Assembly (NCBI GenBank): GCA_001777015.1
Contig: MFCV01000044.1
Span: forward strand, 16,786 to 80,785
Source: Candidatus Daviesbacteria bacterium RIFCSPHIGHO2_02_FULL_36_13
Lineage (GTDB): Bacteria; Patescibacteriota; Microgenomatia; Daviesbacterales; UBA10151
Direction: 5' to 3'
Length of the DNA stretch: 64,000 bases
Shown: positions 22,126 through 32,060 of the stretch, one piece after another
Layout of the letters: each line of letters starts with the position of its first letter
How positions within the stretch are numbered: the first letter of the stretch is position 1
Notes under the pieces: generated by a model
What the model was told of the DNA's origin: nothing
What the model saw: the letters and a program-made list of their open reading frames with translations, nothing else
The model's database searches: none
Made by a program: the position numbers and the translations under genes

Positions 22126-24714
22126 ATGAGCAACATCGGTAAAATTCAACTAGCCCCAATCATAGAGGAGATGCAGGATTCATATGTAAATTATGCAATG
22201 TCTGTTATTGTATCCCGAGCCCTTCCAGACGTCCGAGATGGCCTAAAACCTGTTCAAAGAAGAATTATCTTTGCTATGCATGAGCAAGGATTACATCACA
22301 CAAGTAGATATCAAAAATCAGCTGCTGTTGTGGGAGAGGTTTTGAAAAATTTACATCCTCACGGTGATGCCCCTGTTTATGAAGCCATGGTTAGAATGGC
22401 TCAGAATTTTTCCTTAAGATATATGCTCATCGATGGTCAGGGTAACTTTGGATCAATAGATGGAGATTCTCCTGCCGCCATGAGGTATACCGAAGCCAGA
22501 CTCTCTGCTATTGCTGATGAATTGCTTAGGGATATTAATAAAAACACTGTTGATTTTATAGACAACTATTCGGGTACTACCAAAGAACCTGTTTTACTGC
22601 CATCTGTTATTCCAAATCTTTTACTTAATGGTGCTGCTGGTATTGCTGTTGGTATGGCCACCCAAATTCCTCCACACAATTTAGGAGAAGTTTGTGATGC
22701 CTTGATCTATATGATTGAAAATCCGGAGAAGAGTCTAAACGACTCTTCGAATGAGCGCAACTCCTCTTTGAGTAAAACAGACAAAACCTCCGAGGATGCA
22801 GAAGTTAGTGAGGTGTCAACCTCAGATGAAGGTAAATTTAAATCCACTGCCACCACAGAAGACTTATTAGGTTTTATAAAGGGGCCTGATTTTCCAACAG
22901 GGGCATCTATTTATGATCAAACAGAAATAACTGCTGCTTATGCCACAGGCAAAGGCAGAATTGTGATGAGAGCTAAAGCTGAAATTGATGAAACTCAAGC
23001 TGGTAAAATGCAGATTATTGTTTCAGAACTGCCATACCAGGTTAACAAGGCCACTTTGATTGCCAGGATTGCAGATTTGGTAAAGGATAAAAAATTAGAA
23101 GGCATAGCTGACCTTAGGGATGAATCAGATAGAAAACAAATGGTCAGAATTGTATTTGATTTAAAAAGAGATGCCAAACCTCAATCCCTTCTAAATAATT
23201 TATACAAACTTACAGCTATGCAGTCTGTTTTTAATGTTAATTTGGTAGCTTTGGTTGATGGAGTGCCGCATCTTCTAACCTTAAACCGAATTTTGGAAGA
23301 ATTTATTCATCACAGACAAGTAGTTGTCAGGAAAAGATCAGAGTTTGAACTGGCAGAAGCACAAGCCCGCGAGCATATTTTAGAGGGACTTAAAATTGCT
23401 GTTGATAATATTGATGAAGTTATAGAAACAATCAAGAAATCAAAAGACTCTGATGAGGCCAAATTAAACTTGATGAAAAAGTTTAAGTTAACCGAAATCC
23501 AATCTATTGCTATTTTGGATATGCAGCTTAGAAGACTTGCCGCTCTTGAGATTCAAAAAATTGAAGATGAACTTAAAATGGTTAGGGAGACAATTAAATA
23601 CTTGGAAGATTTATTGGCTCATCCTGAAAAAATATTGAAAGTTATCAAAGATGAACTTAGTAAGATTAAAGAAAGATACGCTGACGAGCGAAGAACCAGA
23701 GTTTATAAACAAAAAATAGGAGAATTTTCTGAAGAAGATTTAGTACAAAATGAGGTCACAATTGTAACTATTACTGGAGGCGGCTATATAAAAAGACAAT
23801 CTCCAATGTCTTTTAGAACTCAGGCCAGAGGAGGCAAGGGAGTTATGGGAATTTCAACCAAAGAAACAGATGCTGTCACTCACATTTTCTATACTCAAAC
23901 TCATGACAACTTACTTTTCTTTACAGATAAAGGAAGAGTGTTCCAAATAAAAGTTTGGGAAATTCCAGAAACTCAAAGGGCAGCTAAGGGTCAGGCTTTG
24001 GTTAATTTGATCAATATTGAGCAAGGAGAAAATGTTACAGCAGTACTGACCAGACGAGCTAAAGAAGTCTTTAAATATTTCTTAATGTGTACCAGAAAGG
24101 GCACTGTCAAAAAAACTTCTCTGGATGAATATATAAACATCAGGAAAAATGGCTTGGTTGCTATTAAATTAGATTCCGGAGATGAGCTTGGCTGGGTTAC
24201 TCCCACAACAGGTGAGGATGACATCATGATTATTTCCTACGAAGGTAAATCCATCAGATTTTCTGAAAAACAAGTGAAGGGAACTCACAGAGATACCTCT
24301 GGTGTAAGAGGAATAAAGCTAGGCAAGGATGATGCTGTAGTATCCTGCGCAATCCTTGGAAAAGAAGATGAAGAACTGCTTGTAGTTATGGAAAATGGTT
24401 TAGGTAAAAAGACTAAAACATCTGCTTGGAACAAACAGGGCAGGGGAGGACAGGGAGTAAAAGCTGCACAAGTAACAGCAAAAACTGGAAAAATAGTGAC
24501 AGCCCAAATTGTTGATAAAAAAATGGATATTCTGGTGCTAACCTCAGATAAAGGTCAGCTTATAAAGATGGATTTGAAAGAAGTTCCTACCTTACAAAGA
24601 CAAACTCAGGGTGTTATTCTAATGAGAGTTAGACCCGGAGAAAAGGTGGCAGCAGCCACTGTAGTCTCAAGTAAAGATAAAACAGAGGATGCCAAACAAA
24701 TCCAATCCCAATGA
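22126..24714 (+). CDS. gyrA: DNA gyrase subunit A
   Basis: [25 protein letters not shown], GyrA box QARGGKG. Confidence 0.98.
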   Translation: MSNIGKIQLAPIIEEMQDSYVNYAMSVIVSRALPDVRDGLKPVQRRIIFAMHEQGLHHTSRYQKSAAVVGEVLKNLHPHGDAPVYEAMVRMAQNFSLRYMLIDGQGNFGSIDGDSPAAMRYTEARLSAIADELLRDINKNTVDFIDNYSGTTKEPVLLPSVIPNLLLNGAAGIAVGMATQIPPHNLGEVCDALIYMIENPEKSLNDSSNERNSSLSKTDKTSEDAEVSEVSTSDEGKFKSTATTEDLLGFIKGPDFPTGASIYDQTEITAAYATGKGRIVMRAKAEIDETQAGKMQIIVSELPYQVNKATLIARIADLVKDKKLEGIADLRDESDRKQMVRIVFDLKRDAKPQSLLNNLYKLTAMQSVFNVNLVALVDGVPHLLTLNRILEEFIHHRQVVVRKRSEFELAEAQAREHILEGLKIAVDNIDEVIETIKKSKDSDEAKLNLMKKFKLTEIQSIAILDMQLRRLAALEIQKIEDELKMVRETIKYLEDLLAHPEKILKVIKDELSKIKERYADERRTRVYKQKIGEFSEEDLVQNEVTIVTITGGGYIKRQSPMSFRTQARGGKGVMGISTKETDAVTHIFYTQTHDNLLFFTDKGRVFQIKVWEIPETQRAAKGQALVNLINIEQGENVTAVLTRRAKEVFKYFLMCTRKGTVKKTSLDEYINIRKNGLVAIKLDSGDELGWVTPTTGEDDIMIISYEGKSIRFSEKQVKGTHRDTSGVRGIKLGKDDAVVSCAILGKEDEELLVVMENGLGKKTKTSAWNKQGRGGQGVKAAQVTAKTGKIVTAQIVDKKMDILVLTSDKGQLIKMDLKEVPTLQRQTQGVILMRVRPGEKVAAATVVSSKDKTEDAKQIQSQ

Positions 24715-24920
24715 AAAAATCTTCATTGCTCTCTAACATTGGAATAGGCTATTTTATGATAGGGTTTATAATTGCCATCCTCTTTGCCTTTTATTACAGA
24801 TGGCCAATTTATTCATTTTTATCACCTGGGTTTTATTCTGTAATTTTTACCTGGCCCTATCAAATGATTGGATTTATCTCAGATCTCTTACTTTACGGCC
24901 TAGCCGGCAAACCTATTTAA
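24711..24920 (+). CDS. small membrane protein
   Basis: hydrophobic ORF overlapping the gyrA stop (ATGA). Confidence 0.6.
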   Translation: MKKSSLLSNIGIGYFMIGFIIAILFAFYYRWPIYSFLSPGFYSVIFTWPYQMIGFISDLLLYGLAGKPI

Positions 24921-24935
24921 CGATTACCCTATAGT

Positions 24936-24964
24936 TTGATTTTGTGCTTAATTTCTGTTAGAAT
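24936..24964 (+). promoter_or_regulatory. sigma70-type promoter, near-copy of the one at 12153
   Basis: TTGATT-17 nt-TAGAAT with extended TG; ATG 6 nt downstream. Confidence 0.65.
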
Positions 24965-24970
24965 ACGCTA

Positions 24971-25423
24971 ATGGAACAACAACCAAAAATCTCTATTCTA
25001 TATGATGGAGCTTATTCCAGTCAGCTAAATTGGAGAACAGATAGGCTTGCTGAATTTGCTAATAAATCAGATTTAAGAACCAACGTTTATATTGTTACCG
25101 GAGACGAGATAGATCGCCCTCAAGTTAATATTTTAGGGGATACTCTTGCTTGGAGTAATATCCTTTCTGCTGCAAATCCTTTTGTTAAACCCTCTGGGTT
25201 GGGCAGACCTTCAAATGTAGTTCATGGCTACTCAGATGACAAAATGGATGCAACCATAGTAGTTAATCATCAAGTACTTTTGGAAAGAACTAAAACACAA
25301 AATGATGGGCGAGTGGATGCTCAAATCTATACCAGACTTATAAATAACGAGGTAGGAGCTGGACTTAGAAGAATTCTTTTAGCTGAAAAATTTGATCTTT
25401 TAAATACACTGGAGGTATTTTAG
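24971..25423 (+). CDS. hypothetical protein, possibly 5' part of a frameshifted gene
   Basis: ORF with promoter; the -1 frame is open from 25396 to 25764. Confidence 0.55.
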   Translation: MEQQPKISILYDGAYSSQLNWRTDRLAEFANKSDLRTNVYIVTGDEIDRPQVNILGDTLAWSNILSAANPFVKPSGLGRPSNVVHGYSDDKMDATIVVNHQVLLERTKTQNDGRVDAQIYTRLINNEVGAGLRRILLAEKFDLLNTLEVF

Positions 25424-25488
25424 GATTAGATATAGCATTTGTTACCCTTTCTAGACCAGCAGCTCAGCTTCAGACAGAGCTTGTTCAA

Positions 25489-25764
25489 ATGATTAATCCG
25501 GGTTCAGCAGAAGGCCCTCTTGTGCTGGCAGCATATAATTTTATGTATTGGACATCCAGGTTAGGGGAGATAACCCTACCTTTAATTTGCGCATACGGTG
25601 GATTTAACAGATATCGAGAATTTAATAGTGCTATTCAAAAAGATCCAAGTCAATATGTAGCCAGCCTCGAAGATATGAACCCAATTAAATATCCAGCAAA
25701 TGCTCTAAACGGTTTGCTCTATTTAAGAGGAGCCGGCAAACAACTGATTGAAATTGCAAGCTAA
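25489..25764 (+). CDS. hypothetical protein, possibly 3' part of the same frameshifted gene
   Basis: frame stays open upstream to 25396, overlapping the previous ORF. Confidence 0.45.
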   Translation: MINPGSAEGPLVLAAYNFMYWTSRLGEITLPLICAYGGFNRYREFNSAIQKDPSQYVASLEDMNPIKYPANALNGLLYLRGAGKQLIEIAS

Positions 25765-25812
25765 CTACTTTCCACCTAAAATCTTTTAGAAAAATATTAA
25801 TACTTGCTTTAC

Positions 25813-25834
25813 TATGATACTCTAGTCTATCATA
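25813..25834. promoter_or_regulatory. palindromic operator-like site, copy 1
   Basis: TATGATACTCTAGTCTATCATA between TTGCTT (25804) and the start codon. Confidence 0.7.
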
Positions 25835-25840
25835 CTATTG

Positions 25841-26311
25841 ATGCCAAGGTTTTCTGTTTATACTGACCCCAAAAAACTTTCTATATTTATCCATAGATTT
25901 TGGGATGTTATAACTCTACTAGAAGAAAGGGTCGAGGTAATTGCCTTCTTCACTGATCTTTTAACTCCTACAGAAGTAAGAATGCTTGCTAAAAGATTAC
26001 AAATTGCTGACATGTTAGCCAAAGGATATAAGTATGAAGACATTAAAAATTATACAAGAGTCACAGTTCAAACTATTTCCCATGTTAATAATAAACTTCA
26101 GTTTGGAGAAAATGGCTTAATTAAGATTTTACAAAAATTAGGAAAAATTGATAAAGCAAGACAAGATAAGATTGAGGGGAAAAGGAGTATTTTTTCTCAG
26201 CCTCCAGGCTTAGGAAGAATGGCAGGAGACTTAGTTACCCTTGGAGCAAGAGGGGTTGAAAAGGTTATCAGAAATCAAAAGAAAATAAGAAGTGTCAAAG
26301 GAGTAAAATAG
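25841..26311 (+). CDS. TrpR-like (YerC/YecD) DNA-binding protein
   Basis: FFTDLLTPTEVRMLAKRLQIADML..GYKYEDI.....VTVQTISHV. Confidence 0.85.
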   Translation: MPRFSVYTDPKKLSIFIHRFWDVITLLEERVEVIAFFTDLLTPTEVRMLAKRLQIADMLAKGYKYEDIKNYTRVTVQTISHVNNKLQFGENGLIKILQKLGKIDKARQDKIEGKRSIFSQPPGLGRMAGDLVTLGARGVEKVIRNQKKIRSVKGVK

Positions 26312-26316
26312 TTAGT

Positions 26317-26338
26317 TATGATACTCTAGTGTATCATA
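26317..26338. repeat. palindromic operator-like site, copy 2
   Basis: TATGATACTCTAGTGTATCATA, 21/22 identical to copy 1, 5 nt after the stop. Confidence 0.75.
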
Positions 26339-26384
26339 GTTTATTGTAACTTTTTGGAAACTCTTAGCAGTTTTAGACTTAGAC

Positions 26385-28691
26385 TTATATTTTAAACAAT
26401 TTCTGTAGAGTTGGGACTGTCAGTATTAAAAGTTGGGTAATAAGAACAAATATAACAGCCCAAAGAAGTTTTTTATTGGAGGTAATAGAGTGATGCCTTC
26501 TCATTATAAAAGGGAGAAACATTTGCAGAAAAACCAATAAGCTAAAAGTTGCAGCTCTGGCAATGTCTACCCCAAAATATATATTTACAAAATAAAAGGT
26601 TAGCGTACAAACAATTCCTATACTTAATCCACCCAAAAGTATAAATTTAATAACAGGTCCATTTAAAAGATTCGAACTAGCCCTTGGGGGCTCTTTCATA
26701 ATATTTTCTGAGGGGCTATCAAAACCTAGGGCCAAAGCAGGCAATCCATCTGTCACAAAATTAATCCAAAGAATTTGAGTGGCAAGAAGGGGAGTAGGCA
26801 GCCCAAATACAACAGCCAAAGCAATTAAGATAACCTCTGATAAGTTTCCTGCCAGCAAAAACTTTACTACTTTTAGAATGTTATTATAAATTAATCTTCC
26901 TTGCTGTACTGCAGTTACAAGAGTTGCAAAATTATCATCAAGCAAAATAATATCAGAGGCTTCCTTAGCAACATCACTGCCAATTTTGCCCATAGAAACT
27001 CCAACTTCTGCCTGTTTTAAAGCAAGGGAATCATTAACCCCATCTCCTGTAACAGCAACTACCTCACCAAGTTTTTGATAAGTTTTAACAATCTTTAATT
27101 TTAATTCAGGAGTAATTCTGGCAAAAATTCTGACCTTACTAATTCTTTGTTCAAACTGCTCATCACTTAGATCAAGAATTTGAGCCCCTGTTAAAACTTC
27201 ATCTCCCATCTTTAGCAGTCCGATTTCTTCACCAATGGCTTTGGCAGTCAGCTCATTATCTCCTGTTACCATCACCACTCTTATGCCAGCCTGATTAGTC
27301 AATTTTATTGCCTCAGCCACCTCAGGCCGTACCTCATCAGCGATTCCAATAAGTCCTAAGAATTTACGATCTTTAGAAAACCCTAAAACCCGCAGTCCTT
27401 TTTTGGCAAGTTTTTGATACTCTGCATCCCATTTTTTTCTGTCTTCTTCAGAAAGATTAGATTCTAAAATCACAACTTCAGGAGCACCTTTGGTATATTC
27501 AACTTTCCCAGAATTTTCCCAAAAAACAGTCATCTTTCTGGTTTTTAAAGAAAAGGGGATTTCTTCAACCAATTTTCCCTCACTCCTCATCAAATCTATA
27601 TCTATTCCTTTATCCTTACCCCAAAGAAGCAAAGCCCCCTCGGTTGTATCACCCAAAATATCAAAGGATCCACCATCTTCCTTAACCACTAAATTGGCAC
27701 TGTTGCAAAGAACGGCACATTTAAGCAGTTCGTTTTCCAAATGGTCCACTACCTTAACTTCTTTAACCCTCATCTCATTTTTAGTTAAAGTACCTGTTTT
27801 ATCTGTGCAAATAATTGTGGCCGCTCCCAAACTCTCAACAGCAATCATCTTCCGTACTAGTGCTTTTTTCTGATACATTTTTCTAACCCCCAATGCCAAA
27901 ATTATGGTCACCACAGCTGGCAAACCCTCCGGTACAATAGCCACCATTAAGGCAATCGATGTTATAATCATTTCAGAAACCTCAAAGCCCTGTTGTATCC
28001 TTAAAACAAAAATAACTCCTGCAATTGCTACAGCCCCCAAACCTATGCCGCGGCTCAAAGTAGAAAGAGCTTTTTCAAGAGGAGTTTGATCATCCTCAAT
28101 TTCTGTTAGGTTTTGAGCTATTGAGCCAAATTTAGTTTTAATGCCTGTTTGTAAAACTTTATAGGTAACTCTTCCAGAAACAATAGTTGTCCCAAAAAAT
28201 AAAAGGTTTTCATTTTCTTTTTCGCCTTTTACAACAGGAAGAGATTCACCGGTTAAAATTGATTCATTAACCTGCAGGGCATAACTTTTAAGAATTTGTC
28301 CATCTGCAGGGACTTTATCTCCTGATTCTAAAACAACAACGTCGCCGGGTACAATTTCAGATGAGGGAAGTTCTACCTCTTTTCCATCCCGCATAACTCT
28401 TGAGAAATTAACTTCAAAACTTTTTAGAGCCTCTAATTCTTTGGAAGCTTTAAATTCCTGCCAAAATCCTAGAGCAGTATTTAAAACCAAAATCAAACTA
28501 ATTAATCCTGCATCTACGTTATCTCCAATCGCAGCTGAGATAACTACAGCTCCTATAAGAAGAACTGATAGGGGATTTTTAATTTGCCGTAAAAGAAGTC
28601 CAAAAAAAGAAGGTCCGCCTTTTTTAGGAAGCTGATTTAGACCAAATGTTGAAACGGCCTCTTTGGCCTCTGTTGTTGTTAATCCAATCAT
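26385..28691 (-). CDS. cation-transporting P-type ATPase (type II, Ca2+-like)
   Basis: LTGES, VPEGL, DKTGTLT, KGAPE, TGDN, GDGVND. Confidence 0.95.
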   Translation of the reverse strand: MIGLTTTEAKEAVSTFGLNQLPKKGGPSFFGLLLRQIKNPLSVLLIGAVVISAAIGDNVDAGLISLILVLNTALGFWQEFKASKELEALKSFEVNFSRVMRDGKEVELPSSEIVPGDVVVLESGDKVPADGQILKSYALQVNESILTGESLPVVKGEKENENLLFFGTTIVSGRVTYKVLQTGIKTKFGSIAQNLTEIEDDQTPLEKALSTLSRGIGLGAVAIAGVIFVLRIQQGFEVSEMIITSIALMVAIVPEGLPAVVTIILALGVRKMYQKKALVRKMIAVESLGAATIICTDKTGTLTKNEMRVKEVKVVDHLENELLKCAVLCNSANLVVKEDGGSFDILGDTTEGALLLWGKDKGIDIDLMRSEGKLVEEIPFSLKTRKMTVFWENSGKVEYTKGAPEVVILESNLSEEDRKKWDAEYQKLAKKGLRVLGFSKDRKFLGLIGIADEVRPEVAEAIKLTNQAGIRVVMVTGDNELTAKAIGEEIGLLKMGDEVLTGAQILDLSDEQFEQRISKVRIFARITPELKLKIVKTYQKLGEVVAVTGDGVNDSLALKQAEVGVSMGKIGSDVAKEASDIILLDDNFATLVTAVQQGRLIYNNILKVVKFLLAGNLSEVILIALAVVFGLPTPLLATQILWINFVTDGLPALALGFDSPSENIMKEPPRASSNLLNGPVIKFILLGGLSIGIVCTLTFYFVNIYFGVDIARAATFSLLVFLQMFLPFIMRRHHSITSNKKLLWAVIFVLITQLLILTVPTLQKLFKI

Positions 28692-29263
28692 GTTAATAAA
28701 TTAATTGGTGTAACTATCAAAAGAATACCTGCGGTATTTAAAACATAAGAAATTAGGGCAATTTGTTTATAACTTAATTTAGAAGCTCCAAGCATCATAA
28801 GACCTAATTCATCAGGCAGGGGAGAGGCTACAATGATGGCTCCCAAAAGCGGGGTAATAAAATCTAATTTAAGTTTTCTTAAAATTTTATTAACTATATC
28901 AATATGAAGCTGATGAGTTGCTAAATTTATGTCCTTTGATAATTCTTTTCTAAATATTTTTATTATTATAAGATCACCTGCTACTGATCCAGCTCCTGCC
29001 AAAAGGGCTAATGTTATTGGATTACTGTCAGTTGCTAAAACTATTAGCATAGCTACAGCAATAGGGGAGGTAATAAATGATGTATAAAAAAGCCCTGCCA
29101 CAAATTCAGCTAAAAATCTAACAGGCAAAAGGCTATGTACTAAAGTATCCAAAGTACCGCTTTTTATTAGGTACCAGGCAAAAGATAAGCTTAGGATAAA
29201 AATAAAGGTTTTCAAAACCAGTTTTTTTAGCTTTTTACCATCTGGCAAGCTTTGCTTATCCAT
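28688..29263 (-). CDS. hypothetical membrane protein
   Basis: several TM segments, ASPLPDELG; coupled to the ATPase gene. Confidence 0.7.
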   Translation of the reverse strand: MDKQSLPDGKKLKKLVLKTFIFILSLSFAWYLIKSGTLDTLVHSLLPVRFLAEFVAGLFYTSFITSPIAVAMLIVLATDSNPITLALLAGAGSVAGDLIIIKIFRKELSKDINLATHQLHIDIVNKILRKLKLDFITPLLGAIIVASPLPDELGLMMLGASKLSYKQIALISYVLNTAGILLIVTPINLLT

Positions 29264-29345
29264 ATATTTAGTTTACCAGATTGACAACTAAATTCATTTA
29301 TCCCAATAATGGATATATACAAGCGAAAGGAGGTGATTAAATATC

Positions 29346-29702
29346 ATGCAAATTTTAGTAGCTTTAGTTTTAAACGCATTGGCACTTATTGTAACTTCTA
29401 AAATTGTTCCAGGATTTGAAGTATCTGACTTTACCCAGGCAGTTTTAGCAGCAGTTGTTTTGGGTGTGGTTAACACATTCATAAAACCAATCTTAAGCTT
29501 TATAACAGCTCCACTTTCTATTGTAACTTTGGGGCTTTTTGCTTTTGTTGTAAACGCTGTGGTCTTATTTATAGTTTCAGCAGTGGTACCTGGGTTCCAG
29601 GTTAATGGCTGGACACCGGCAATTTTAGGTGCAGTTGTTTTGTCTGTTGTAGCAACAGTCCTATCAGCAGTCTTAAAAGATGTTGGTGGAAAGTTAAAGT
29701 AA
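29346..29702 (+). CDS. phage-holin-family-4-like (YvlD) membrane protein
   Basis: LGVVNTFIKPIL...PLSIVTLGLF..VVNA; AGGAGG SD upstream. Confidence 0.85.
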   Translation: MQILVALVLNALALIVTSKIVPGFEVSDFTQAVLAAVVLGVVNTFIKPILSFITAPLSIVTLGLFAFVVNAVVLFIVSAVVPGFQVNGWTPAILGAVVLSVVATVLSAVLKDVGGKLK

Positions 29703-29709
29703 CGAGGAT

Positions 29710-30630
29710 TTAATCCTTGTTGCCGCTATGAAATGCCTTGTGAACATCTTTTAGATGAGTATTGGTAACGTGGGTATAGATTTGAGTGGTTGAGATGTTT
29801 GAATGTCCAAGCATTTCCTGTACTGAGCGAATGTCTGCTCCATTCATCAGTAAATCTGTAGCAAAAGAGTGTCTTAGCGTATGAGGGGTTGCCTTAACCG
29901 GCAACCCCAAATTTTTGACATATTTTTCAACAATTCTTTCAATAGACCGGGTCGAAAGCCTCATAGCCTCACCATTGTTACTAGGATCAACTTTGCCCTG
30001 AAACCTTATAAAAAGAGGTTTAAAGCTATCTTTTCTGACGTCTAAAGATTTTTGAAGCCAATCTGCCGCACTGTCAGATATAAATACCACTCTCATCTTT
30101 CCGCCTTTTCCGATAATCCCAAACTCACGCCTGGTTAAATTAATGGTATTTGTATTTAAGGAAGCAAGCTCAGAAACCCTAAGCCCTGTTGAAAAAAGGG
30201 TTTCCAATATACTTCTATCTCTGATCCCATCCTTTTTAGTAGTATCCGGAGCCTCAAGCAGAGACTTTAATTGATCATCGCCCAAAACCTTAAGAGGTCT
30301 TGGATCAGAATCACCCAGCTCAACTTTTTCAGGGGAGAGGGTGTCAACATCAATTCTAGCCAAATACCGGAGGAATGCCCTTAAGGCTATCATAAAATAA
30401 TTTTGAGTGATTCTTTTTAAGCCCTTTTTTGTTTTGGGATCAGTAAACCTGGAAAGATAAAGCCTATATTTTCTAATCATGTTTAAATCAATTGCTTTTG
30501 CCTCAATATCACCTGCAAAGGTAAGGAATCTTTTTAAATAATGATCGTAATTTTTAATAGTCAACTGTGAGCAATTACGCTCAAGCTCCAGATATTCCAG
30601 AAAGTCTGTAATAAATGCTGAAAGAGTCAT
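29710..30630 (-). CDS. XerC/XerD-family tyrosine recombinase
   Basis: STGLRVSEL, GKGGK.R, HTLRHSFAT, LGHSNISTTQIYTH. Confidence 0.93.
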   Translation of the reverse strand: MTLSAFITDFLEYLELERNCSQLTIKNYDHYLKRFLTFAGDIEAKAIDLNMIRKYRLYLSRFTDPKTKKGLKRITQNYFMIALRAFLRYLARIDVDTLSPEKVELGDSDPRPLKVLGDDQLKSLLEAPDTTKKDGIRDRSILETLFSTGLRVSELASLNTNTINLTRREFGIIGKGGKMRVVFISDSAADWLQKSLDVRKDSFKPLFIRFQGKVDPSNNGEAMRLSTRSIERIVEKYVKNLGLPVKATPHTLRHSFATDLLMNGADIRSVQEMLGHSNISTTQIYTHVTNTHLKDVHKAFHSGNKD

Positions 30631-30642
30631 AGTTTAATGGTA

Positions 30643-30693
30643 TGTTCTCGACTACGCTCGAACAATAAATTTTCTTCGACCGAAGTGGAGAAG
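30643..30693. repeat. intergenic REP-like element
   Basis: TGTTCTCGACTACGCTCGAACA imperfect hairpin followed by CTTCGACCGAAG. Confidence 0.5.
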
Positions 30694-30697
30694 TACT

Positions 30698-31411
30698 TTA
30701 CAAAAGTGCTAGTCCCAATATCCCAAGTATTGTTAAGATTGATCCAATAATTGCCAAAGTAAATGTAAGTTCTGTTGCTCCTGTATCTTCTCCCTTTCCA
30801 ACAATATCATCAATGGTTGGAGCAGTTACTGCTCCTGAAGCAGTTGATGTGTTTACACCCGGCTTTGGAGTAGTGGATGTAGTAGCTGCAGCACAAGTTG
30901 TACCTGAACCAATTGTATAATTACCATTCACAACAGAGCTTAAGACATCAGCAACCGTACCTCTTTCTACAACATTAGAATCAGTAGTATTAGTTTTATC
31001 ATTCGCATTAAAATCAAACTTCATTTGAGATACACCCGGTCCTGCATTTTCTTTAACAGTAAAATTAACTGTAGCCAAAGTACCCTTACCGGTAAAAGGA
31101 GAGGAAACAGAAGCCAACCCGGAAACTGTTAATTTTCCTGTAGTATCATCTATATTATTTCCAGGGTAATCAGGATATATTGAACCTGAAGAAATAGAAG
31201 TGGCTGAAAATTTGCTTTGGTCATAGGTCACAATGGCATCTGTTCCATCAGTTTGAGCACTGCCCGTATCAAGCACAATCTGTAAAGAAAAATTACATCC
31301 CTTATTAAAAGTACCTGAGGCAGGGGACAGAGAAAGGGAAGCAGCTAAGACAGCAGCTGGGCTAACTAACAACCAATAACTAACAACCAATAACTGAATT
31401 ATTCTTTTCAT
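30698..31411 (-). CDS. secreted, C-terminally anchored cohesin-like domain protein
   Basis: signal peptide, LSLSPASG..F.L.I.LDTG...DGTDA.VTYD...G.LATVNF pattern, C-terminal TM. Confidence 0.7.
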   Translation of the reverse strand: MKRIIQLLVVSYWLLVSPAAVLAASLSLSPASGTFNKGCNFSLQIVLDTGSAQTDGTDAIVTYDQSKFSATSISSGSIYPDYPGNNIDDTTGKLTVSGLASVSSPFTGKGTLATVNFTVKENAGPGVSQMKFDFNANDKTNTTDSNVVERGTVADVLSSVVNGNYTIGSGTTCAAATTSTTPKPGVNTSTASGAVTAPTIDDIVGKGEDTGATELTFTLAIIGSILTILGILGLALL

Positions 31412-32043
31412 GGTGTTATTTCAATATTTACATCTTTAGTTTTCTTAAGAATATCAACCCCTTCAGATGACACAAGATTTGAATCCCTGCTGTCACCCTC
31501 CTTATATTCTATGGTAACACTTTCTACTCCTACTGCTTTGGCAGTGAATGATATAGTTGCCATATTGGAATCTCCCTTAAAATTTTGTCCCTCAGCTACA
31601 CCTGAAATCCGAATTATTCCCTCCTTTGAATCTACTTCTACTAAAGGATAGGCTGAAAAAGCCAAACCTGTTTGAATATCAGTGTTAGTCAATGATAATA
31701 ATTTAGGATTGTATTTTAATATGACATCTCCTCCCAAAACTTCATGTCCGCCTGTTGAAATATTTACAGAAACTGTAACTTTTTGCCCTATTTTTATAGA
31801 AGTTGAGGAGGCTGAAAGACTAATAGATCCATCTGTCAAGGACTCCCCAACAATTGCCTGTTCTGGAGTAACCTGGGTAGGGGAGGAGTCTTTCATCAGT
31901 GTACTTATTCCAAAAACTATCTCAATTAAAATGATTGCTCCCAATACTCCAAATATTACTTTAGGATTTAAATATTTAGTAATATTAGGATTACTTTTTT
32001 GTTCTACTCTTTCTGTAACAATTGTCTTTAAATTTGGATCCAT
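31408..32043 (-). CDS. membrane-anchored cohesin-like domain protein
   Basis: N-terminal TM, VTVSVNISTGG...GGDVILKYNPKLL...MATISFTAKAVG; ATG at 32043 preferred. Confidence 0.7.
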   Translation of the reverse strand: MDPNLKTIVTERVEQKSNPNITKYLNPKVIFGVLGAIILIEIVFGISTLMKDSSPTQVTPEQAIVGESLTDGSISLSASSTSIKIGQKVTVSVNISTGGHEVLGGDVILKYNPKLLSLTNTDIQTGLAFSAYPLVEVDSKEGIIRISGVAEGQNFKGDSNMATISFTAKAVGVESVTIEYKEGDSRDSNLVSSEGVDILKKTKDVNIEITP

Positions 32044-32060
32044 AATTTCATAGTAACATA

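Noticed and set aside
29346-30630. prophage (holin plus integrase)
   Set aside because: YvlD-like membrane proteins and Xer recombinases are normal chromosomal genes; no phage structural genes or att repeats seen.
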